DNA of 63,430 bases, counting the filler, from Platydemus manokwari (taxonomy: Eukaryota), in the NCBI GenBank assembly GCA_037951405.1. It is 6 parts of 6 records of this genome, joined end to end, with 100 filler letters (N's around TTAATTAATTAA, not from the genome) between each part and the next. Parts side by side here need not be neighbours in the genome. Positions count along the whole stretch, not along the records: positions 53,300 to 63,430 come from JBBMOY011165657.1; 5 more parts are not named here. The stretch is one strand, 5' to 3'. A model generated the notes under the pieces. The model was not told where the DNA came from. It worked only from the letters and a program-made list of their open reading frames with translations, and did no database searches. This document shows positions 53,300 to 63,430 of the stretch, piece after piece. Position 1 is the first letter of the stretch. Every line of letters begins with the position of its first letter. Position numbers and translations under genes: made by a program.

Positions 53300-53460
53300 A
53301 CATATTTACATAATTTCAGATTTTTAGAAAATATGGTTTTTTGAAAAAATGCCTTGGGACACATATGTCCCTGCAGCAGTTTAATGCAAATAATTTTCGC
53401 ATCAGTAATTTTTGAACATTGTCTAGGAGTTATATATCCCTGCAGTATTGAAAGGGTTAA
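53300..53460. mobile_element. piggyBac transposon terminus
   Basis: Ends ...gaaaggg|TTAA (53451-53460). Subterminal repeats gggacacatatgtccctgcag and ggagttatatatccctgcag. Confidence 0.75.
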
Positions 53461-54409
53461 AGCTTAGATATGAAGCAAAGTTAAAATATTATATACGGAC
53501 ACAAATTCAGATATAATAACAATTAAAACAAAATATATTTAATGGGATCATATAATGATGAAAAATTGTAAAAATGAATTTGATTTTACGGCTAATTAGA
53601 ATTAAATTTAATCAATACTACGTGCAATTATTTATTTTTCGATAACTTTCAAATAAAAAACTCCTGAAAGATCTAAATTTTGAAATCAAATCATACGTAT
53701 AACAACAAAAATTTAGAAAACAATTTAGTTCCATTCATTGATTTTCTCTTGTATTTTTCTGTATATTACCATTTATATTATAATTAATTATATTTTATGT
53801 TTTTATTTATCTATGATTTAAAATTTTATTTTCAAATAAGACAACCTGATTGAAAAAGAAATTCTATAAATGTTTGAACTACCATTTGTAGAACACAACA
53901 ATTCTGGAACAATCAATCCGACTCCAAAAACGAAACAAGAGTCGCACACTACGTTATATTTATATAACAATATATAACAATATATAACCTCAATTTACAC
54001 AATCAAGGGCTTAGTCCCTATTAAAGTTTCCCCACAGAAATATAACATGGATTCAATCCGCTTCACAAAACTGCATCATGTAAATAATTATTTTTATTCT
54101 TTATTTTTAATATTATTGTGCTTATGACCATTATGATGCTTATTTCAATCCCAACTCCTTTCAACCTTTTGTAAAATTAATTAATTTTGTTATTCCTTTT
54201 TATTGATCTATAATTTGACATTTTATCTTATTCATAATATACATGTACCGTCTAGAGTCGGGTGTACTTATTGAATATTATTTCTAAAAATAAATGAAAT
54301 CCCCATACACATATAAATCTAAATTCCTCGCTTACAATAATTCTCTGATAATTTTCAGTTTATTTTTATGAACATTATATTAAATCAAAAAGCTTAATAA
54401 AACCAACAG

Positions 54410-56093
54410 GATACAATATTCAGACCAACCCACTTAATAACAAAATAATCGATAAATCTTCATCGTCATTTATCAATTATAATAAATGTTTGATATCACT
54501 TCAACGAATACCATTAAATGTAGTGCCTTTATTGATAGAATAACTGCTGATTATATTAATTTATCACGTACTGTAGTACCCTTACATCTTGAAAAATGTT
54601 CGACTTTAATTGATTGTCACTGGTACCGAAACCTTATTCCAACTTAACAGTCAATCCTAGATGTCACATCAGCTTATCTTAATCACTAGATTCACCGAGT
54701 TCCACCGTATTGATAGACAATAAAAATACTCTCTTAAAAGTCTGTCCCAAACAAAACACAACAACATTACAGAAATTTATAAAGATATCACATTGACCGT
54801 TTTGGAATCCATTTTCGTTAACAAAACTGCTCGTTTTCAAACCAATTAAAATGCAAACCATAATTTAAAACGGTCAAAGAAAGAGACCGCCGTATTTATA
54901 ATTAATTTCCTTGAATTGTCAGTTTTTATAGTTAACAAATCAATACAAGCTAAATTATTCCAATCGAATTTTCGATTTTATAATGAAAGTCAATAATTGT
55001 TTCTCATGCTTATCATAGTCTGTGTCACAGAGAAAGTAAGTCCAAAATGTCCATCGCTTCAAATCCATTATTTGTGATTAATTATATCGATTATTCTAAA
55101 ATTCCTAGAAAATCCACACTAATGATATCCTCTGTGAAAATAATTGGCGAAAATATTTTGTCATAAAAACTCTCACAATTATGAAACATTATTCCTATCA
55201 CTAATTCAGATTACAATAAAATCGATTAATGATTACGTAACGCACTATTAGTAAGATTAAGTTGGAAGCATGATAAATAATCAAAATTGTTATGGATTAT
55301 TTGTGAGGTATTGTTGTATTGTGAAACATTTCTTAATAGGAGCTATTATTCGATAGATAAGTTAAATCGAAAACCATTTTGCGAGATTATCATATCTGAA
55401 ATTGGTTGTGTGTGATATTCACATTTTCAGCTTTAATTTCAGTCTAATTAGGAAATATATTGTAAATAGTTTGTTGTCATTTCATTTGAGCATTTTAATA
55501 TTATTATTATTACAAGAACTTTGATAAAAACTAAAACAACTTGAAAATATTTAACCAGAATACAAATAATTCATCTATGGATTTTAAGATCAATTAATAA
55601 ATAAATGATTATTTTAAAATAGAAAATATATTGATATTAATAAATATAAATGATCAATGTCAACTGTTTGATAATATTAATATTAAATATACTTTTGAAG
55701 CTTGAAGTTCTTGCATTCGTATTCAATTCGTATCTTATCAAATATGAGCATTTTATGATTAAATAAATTGTTCTCAAAATAAATAATAGTTATAATGATA
55801 ATTATAATTATTAATAAAATTATATTTGTATATTATCATTATTATTAATAGGGTAAGAATAATTTTAATAATACAATTTTAGTGTTTATATTCTTATTTT
55901 TATTACTACAAAAATAATAATTATTATTATTAATCGATTAGAAAATCACAAATAATCTTTTAAATTAAGTCTATGACTGGATTATAAATCTACATCAAAA
56001 TGTATTGATTTATTGAAAATACTAAATTTAACTTTTGTCTTTCGAGAATAATGCAATGTTAACATCTAGAATTTATTTTTGTACTGTACGAGA

Positions 56094-56140
<47 letters not shown>

Positions 56141-56930
56141 CATTGTTTTGTTGTTAAGAACTTAAGAACAAATAAACAAAAACCCATTTTTGAAATTTTA
56201 TTCAGTTCAAGATATGTGTGTGCGGAAATCATACAACTTCATGCCTCTTCAAAGTTCGACACTGGTGATACTCTAAAATCCATTTTTGTTTAATTATTAA
56301 AGCAAATTTATATTATTTCCAAAATTCTTAAACAATCTTATTCATTAAAATTATTCTCAATAAAACAATTGTAAAAAATGTTTCACAAAACACCATCTTA
56401 AACATAGTCTTTTATCTCCTACAATGTGATGCTTATTGGTGTTATTTTTAATGAGTTTTAATTATCTCTTGTAAAAGTATTGATTAGAAATTTATTCAAT
56501 GAAAAATTTTAGAATTTCTCCAATTTAAAATAGCATTTCAACTCATATCTTATACCAATGAATCTATAGGATTGGGATATTTTAAATTAACATCAAATTA
56601 TAATACAATAAAACGACGAGAAAATAATTTTTTATTACATTTATTTGATTAATATTTCTAAATTCATGGATGAGCCCATAACATAATTTTGCCATCCCAA
56701 ATTCAAAATTAAATTTAAAAATCAATATTCATTCGATAAACATTTTGATGGTGCTTTATTACTGTTTCAAATGCTCAAAACAAATTTACATCAATTACTA
56801 ATCATCAATACCTCTGATTTATCATTGAAATCATTTGATAATATCATTACTTATACACCAACTGAAAATTTGTTAATGAATTATGAAATGTGGAAAATCA
56901 TTTGTCAACATCATATGAATATCGTATAAG
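54410..56930 (+). CDS. Candidate multi-exon gene or pseudogene of unknown function
   Basis: Series of 30-50-nt GT..AG segments separating short open frames (KETAVFIINFLELSVF..., KIHTNDILCENNWRKYF, CYGLFVRSYYSIDKLNRKPFCEII) and an 80-codon terminal frame (FCHPKFK...YEMWKIICQHHMNIV*). No consistent full model and no recognised homology. Confidence 0.3.
56095..56140 (+). repeat. (TTA)n microsatellite
   Basis: About 15 perfect units. Confidence 0.95.
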
Positions 56931-58043
56931 AGATGATTTAATGAATAATTACCGGAATAGAATGATGAGATAAATTTCATTACAGATCAGATGTCATCTT
57001 CGAATGTTGAAACGGATATTATTGAATAAATGAGTTCTGTATTATTTTATTTTTGTTTCATTTTATCTTTTGATTCAAATATTGTTTGTAAAGTTTTTCG
57101 ATATAATTCAATTAGATGATTCCCCATTGTACAATAGTATAACTAAACAAATCTCATCAAAAATTTTCCCATGTGATTGAACTCATTTATTATCATAGCT
57201 TTTAATATTGCTCCAATCAGAAAACCATTTCGTTATTTATCACAGATAATTAGTAATTTATTTCGTTTATTAACACAGAAATTTAAAAAAATTTATTTTA
57301 AAAATTTTGATCGTTTCTTTGACATGTTATTAAATTTGGTTGACTGGTTTAAACTGCGAAAATGGATTAATTTACAAAAACCGTTATTGCAACTTTAGTT
57401 AAACAGTTAAATATGAAACATAGTTTTGCATTTCTTGTTGTAACGAGACTTCATGAATAAAACCACCCGTAATAAAAGTTTTATCGAAATGTCTAATTGT
57501 AATTTGGGCTTAATTTATTCAGTAACATTTAAAAATTAGTATTTGTAATGAAAGAATGTTATCATTGATAAATCAAGAAAGTGTTGAAAAGTATGCAAGG
57601 CATTTTTTACACGAGGTGTGTAGATAATACATAAAAAATTTGATTATGTTTAATCAGAATTTAGTAACATAAATTATACTGAAAATATTTCTTTTCGGAT
57701 ATTAATAACGCGATAATAGATATTTCAAGTCAATTGTTTTAATAATCGATTTACAATAAAAACTTTTAAATGGGCAATTTAACGGAATCACATTTATATT
57801 GGAACTGAGTTTCTTGCGATGAACTGGTATCACAAACTTTTGAATTATGGAAATAGAAACAATTCAAGTACTTTTCTTTGACAATATTTATATTGGAATG
57901 TTTGGTAGAAGTTGAAAATATTAATTAAATAATTTAAATTAAAAAACTAATAAATCAGGTTCTTACAGTTATTTTAAGAACCAATATCACAAACCAAATT
58001 AATAAAATAGAATTGAATTTATTAACTATAATTTCAATTCTTA

Positions 58044-58454
58044 CCCCCGAAATTCTTCTTCATATCCTTTGGGTATTAAATTGAATGGTAGATAAATTTG
58101 TCTAACATCACGGATATAGAAAGTTCCCATCGTCCAAAGTTCACTTCTGTTTATTAAATTAAATTTATCCATTGATCTATCTTTACAATTTATCAATTCA
58201 TTGACATGATATTTTTTCAAAATTCCTCGTGGGAAATTCACAGAATTCAAATTGATTAATGCGGCAAATTTTCTACCAAACAATTCTCCCAGCATTTGTT
58301 CGTCGTTGAGAAATATTTTCAGACAGTAATTTTCCTTTTCTGTTTCGTTAATGTCTGGTTTACAAATAGAAAATCTGTTTGTGTTCGATATATTCATTGT
58401 TGAATATAATGTACAAACTTTCGATAAAATCAGATAACCCACAATTAGCAACAT
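58044..58454 (-). CDS. Candidate first exon of an unknown secreted protein
   Basis: About 137 open codons in very AT-rich DNA. Hydrophobic N-terminus MLLIVGYLILSKVCT, several Cys and NxS/T sites, ending at a strong donor GG|GTAAGA. Confidence 0.4.
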
Positions 58455-61400
58455 TAGCAATTCATCAAATATTGTAAATATCTAACCATTTATTCTGAAT
58501 AGATTAACTGATAAATTCATTCACATGGGGATTAATAATTTTTTTTCTTCCAAAGTTTAAAAATTCAATACGTATTTTGTAATTTATTGATAGATGAGTC
58601 TTTGATTTGGTTGATTACATTCACTAATTTATTATATGCAAATAATTCTCATAAGCAATCACTTTTAACAAGCGATCTGATTGGTTAATTCTTTTTCATT
58701 TCTATCATGTATATTTTTCAAGCTACGGTTGAAATTGGATTACATATGTAACATTTATTCTATCAGAGTTTTTTTGTCGATGAACTTGTTAGTTTTTCTT
58801 TGCTAAAAAAATCAGAATATGTTTCTTTTTTATCATTGGATAAGTATTTTGATAAAATGATATCAGAATTAAATAGAGATAAAATTAAAAGTCTTCTTAA
58901 TGTTTTTGTGTTTCAATCGTAGGAAATTTATTTGAATATTTATAAATTCGGATAATATTTGATGATATATTTTGAGATATCTTTTGAACGAAATTCATTA
59001 TTATTATGTTGTTTTAATATTAAGCAAGAAATAAAAAAATAACAGGATTAATCATTGATATTTTCTTTTTTTGATTTTGTTTAAATAGTATATTAAATAA
59101 AATAAAACAAAAATCATAAATTTTATTAGTGTTATTTATTGAAATGCTCGAAGTTGGTCTCTCATGGCAAAAGTTCATTGAAGCGTGCACAAAAGATTTT
59201 CACACGTTGGATTTTAATTTGTTTGGATATCTTTAATATCTAAGTAGACTTTGATTCCAAAAAATGATTATTTTATGAGTTATGATAATCTTACTATATG
59301 TATTCCAATTTAATTTCAATAAGTATAAAACTTCAATCATTATCGATCATTATACTTCTACAGATACTTACGTTATAATATGTCATATTGTCTGTCACTA
59401 GGATTATCTTAGTTGTTGAGATATAACGTAAGTAATTTATCAGGTAATTTGCACGTAATTTACTAGGGTATTTATATAGATTTATTCAAAAACTGTGAGT
59501 AGGTTCCTGTAGTTTTTTCAGTTATAAACTACTGAAGCATGGGGTATATATCAAGAATAAAATATTTCAAAAATTCTTCCCCAGAATCTTAGTTATGCTT
59601 TATTAAAAATCTCATTATTTTAAATTAAAATTTATTTTGTTCTTTTACTATTTTACAGCGGCAATAAAGGATCTAAGTTTACAATAAATGTCAAGTATGA
59701 CGGACTTTGTGAATGAGACAGGAAAGTACATAAACTACAACTAAAACACTTGTACAATCCTAGAATTGTAGATACAGACAATTAAAAAGTTTATCTACAC
59801 CTAATCGGAAGTCATGCAGGTTGGTTGATTGGACTAATGAGATGACTTATTCAAGTAAAATAATCGACATTCATAGAATAAACTTGAGATGTTCTTAGTT
59901 GATATTTCTTAAAAAATTCCCAACTGCGGTAATTAAATTGCTTTGCAAATACTAATATAAATATAAATAACTGTATTTGATATTATCGTGATTAACAAGA
60001 TATTAAGCAATAAAAATAAAGAGATGTAGATATTATTCATGTAATTGTTTGAATTTTAAAAGTAAATATGTTGTTCTAAAGGGTAAATGGTCAAACGAAT
60101 ACTAATAACGAAAATGTATATTATTCTACCCGAGTTGCAAAGCAATTGGTTAGAATAAAATATAATTTACGCAGACTATTCTCTTTACCAGAAATCATTA
60201 TCAGTTATTTCGTAAATGTTCCCATTACGGATAATTTGATTGTTATTATGAAAAATAATTATTAATTATTTGATTAAAGAGCAGACCTATGTGCTGCAAA
60301 TTTTATTATGCAATAATAATACAAATTAAACCCATAATGTCCTACTTATGGGAAAGTTTACACCCATGGGGAATATATAAGTTTGATTTACTTGTCATTA
60401 CATTTTTTAATTGTATATCTACTTGATTAACATTTTGTACAGAGAATATCTGATTGGTTACTTTTGTATGATTAATTTTTTGTAAATAGGAATTTATGGG
60501 ATTTTTAATGAAATGAGCGCATTATTTATACCTCTGTTGGTACATGTATCTTCTTTCTTATTTCGAATCGATTGCTCAGATAATCCTAAAGCTTCTGTTG
60601 GAACTTTTAAGAATAATGTTGTTTATTTAATACTTACCTGAGTACTTTTATTCTTATATGGTCCTATTTCATAAATAATGATGTATTGATCCGATCACTT
60701 TCATTAAAGTCTACTATTTTAAATTATCGATTTGGTGTTGCTTATTTATTCCACTTATTTCGACTTGGTTATCTAATTGTTAAAGCAAAATACTCCAAAA
60801 GGCTTTTAAATTATTTACTATTTCTTTATAAGATTTAATTATTTTGAGAAAATTTTTCTTATTTTTTGTAAATAATTCATCATTTATTTTACATCTGGCA
60901 TGTTCATTATTAATTGTTCTTGCACACACAATCACAGAAATTCATGCCCATTAACTCACCAATCAAACTTAGAGATAAAACACCTGTTTTATGATCGATT
61001 CGCCATTTTATATCAAGCATCTAAACGATTGCATAATATTTCAAAAAGAATGATTCCTTTGGTTCATAACAATCAATGGTTCGATATTTTACTTCCTATT
61101 TTATCTTTTGTCTGCTTATTCGTCGTTTAATTTGTTTTTCAATTTTATTTTTCAATTTTGAATTTTATTTATGAGACGTTATTGTTTGGTTTTGTTTTAT
61201 GTTGCTATTTACTTAATTGATTGTATCGTTTAATTTTCCATTAATTATAATGTATTTTCATAATAATTTAGCATTTCCATTTTGATATCAAACAGTAGAT
61301 AAATGATGTTGTTCTCAATCACATTGAAATAAACCAAAACATCGAATTCTACCAGCTTCTATTAATCAATATTCTTATCACCCATCCATAATAAGTTTAA

Positions 61401-63430
61401 AATTCTCTCTAAAATACACTCGATAATATTTGTTCAATCAATTTATATGTAGACAATTATTGGGCATTTATTTCTTCGTGCCCGTCTATGGTGGATAACT
61501 TAGGCTTTAAACTCTTTTAGAAATCAATAAGAGATTTAATTCAGATAAACTTAATGAATAAAATTTACTCAAAAACCTTAATAGGCTCATGATGGAAACT
61601 TGTAATTATGTTAATACTGAAGACATAATTTACTAAAATCATGTTTATAACCTGATTATGTTATTATAAATTCTTGTCAAATTGGTATTCGAGTAATTAT
61701 TTTACTTATTACTTTATGATAGCATGAAAATTTTAATTTGGTGATATAATTCTCATTATTTTATCAAATTTCGATCAATTTTATATATTTTTAAAAAAAT
61801 GTGATAAATTCAAAATTTTGAGAATATTTTCATTAACAGATAAAGAATCTAGTTTTTGAGAATTTTCTACACGTGATATTATGGATTACGGAACTGAAAT
61901 CTTTGCACATATCTGTAATTATCTGATAAGCCAATAATAATTACAATCTAATGCACGGACTAAATATATTTTACTCATATATTTCATTTATCGGTTTTGT
62001 CCATGAAATAACAAAATCACATGTTTAGAAACATGAGTAGTTTTTCATGCAAAATTTCTTTCGAATTTTTTGAATCTTATCTGAGAATTTTCAATTATTA
62101 AAAAGTATTCAAGATACTTCACTACTTAAATTACTATTTTCTACAGAATTATGTTCATTAATAAGTAATGTTCTTATAAGTAAATAACTTATGCTTTAAA
62201 ATATTTGCAATTTTATCCTAATCAATTTATATAACTTTCCAATAGCTCATTGAGTCCTTTTCGAAAATTTTAAATTTAATTAGACTGTAAAATGAACGAG
62301 TATTTCAAAGATTATTTCTATTGTTAATATTCTATGGGGAATTGTCTAACCATTTATGAAACCTTTTTGAGAAATAGAGAAAACGAGATCTTCCTGAATA
62401 TAATTATCATGAACGTTCATGAATATCACTAAATTAAAGATTTTCAAAAAATTGAAAAAGAAATTTAGTATATTTTGGCTGTATTTACGACTAAGTATTG
62501 TTTAATGTTTCAATCAAAAGGCTTCTATCGAAAGTTGTTAATTGCTGATATTGTGGTGGATTGTCTGTAAACATTTCAACAACGATGTGCTATTTTATCG
62601 GATTTATTAGCAATGCTTAATAAAATAATTTGATAAGTGAATAATTAATTGAATTTATCTCGAACTCCTTATCGTTTTCGAATGAATCGAATATTAGAAT
62701 TTGAGTAATTTAAAGATATATGCATAAAAACATTTATTAGATAAATGAACATATTTACAAATCAAAACAATGTACGATTATCTAATGCGCAGCAATGAAA
62801 TCATATAAAAATTCAAAAAGACCGAAAAGATAAATTATGGGAATAACTATAAATGATTGTGTTTAATTCTGACCCCATTCATTTTATTTAATTTTTATGA
62901 TATTTTATGGTTTGACAACAGACCTAACGTTGTATAATTGAAAATTGCTGTAGAGAAATGCGTGATTAGGATGACTATCTTCATTATTTATCATATATGA
63001 CACCATTTATTTCGTTATTTATTAATTCGTAATTATTAACTGATACAAAGATTATAAGAGTATTTTTTTAATTAAACTATGACAGTGATAAAAAATAAAT
63101 TTTATTATGAATTTTATTCCTACTACAAGTGCATAATCTTCAGAAAAAAATAAAGATTCAGCTATCAATGATGCTGAAACCTGAGACGGTACAATCATAT
63201 GTGATCAAGAAACTTTTATTTGTTAGGGGTTACAATTTATTAAATTTATTAATTAAAATTATTCACGTACAAAAATGCTTATAAAATTTCAATACATTTT
63301 AGTATATTAAATTAATATTTGAAATATTTACCTGCGAGTTTATTTTTGTAATTTATTTGATAAATTCCGATTACAATATAGAAAATCAAGAATTTTAATA
63401 ACTAAAATACCTACATTATGTTGTGATTTT

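Noticed and set aside
57500-57930. Repeated in-frame TAA in coding-like frames suggesting an alternative genetic code
   Set aside because: Conserved genes here have no internal TAA/TAG, and TrxR and TTC12 terminate at TAA. Decay or introns explain it.
60880-61050. Possible hAT (SPIN/Charlie-like) transposase trace on the minus strand
   Set aside because: Only vague motif spacing with many stops; too weak to call.

Overview
AT-rich eukaryotic, almost certainly invertebrate animal, genomic DNA. It consists of six contigs of about 9-14 kb joined by artificial 100-nt spacers (44N-TTAATTAATTAA-44N), so adjacency across spacers may not be real. Host genes have short GT-AG introns. They are the 3' part of a TXNRD2-like thioredoxin reductase ending Gly-Cys-Sec(UGA)-Gly with a clear type-2 SECIS, a complete BCL7-like gene, a complete TTC12 gene and the long last exon of USP7. 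The rest is mostly decayed mobile DNA: four NeSL/R2-superfamily non-LTR fragments (two carry a Ulp1 protease domain), Ty3/Gypsy remnants (one followed by an env-like ORF), a three-copy MITE, piggyBac and Tc1/mariner ends, and probable P/THAP9, Penelope and LINE relics. The one apparently intact mobile gene is the N-terminus of a Polinton-type protein-primed DNA polymerase, preceded by a cluster of DNA hairpins. The most interesting observations are the Polinton ORF with its hairpin/GCGAAGC leader, the Sec-recoding cassette (SRE-like hairpin, SECIS and an embedded AATAAA), the Ulp1 retroelement with tandem LC8-type TQT motifs, and the env-bearing Gypsy. All family assignments come from motif recognition by eye; no searches were run.
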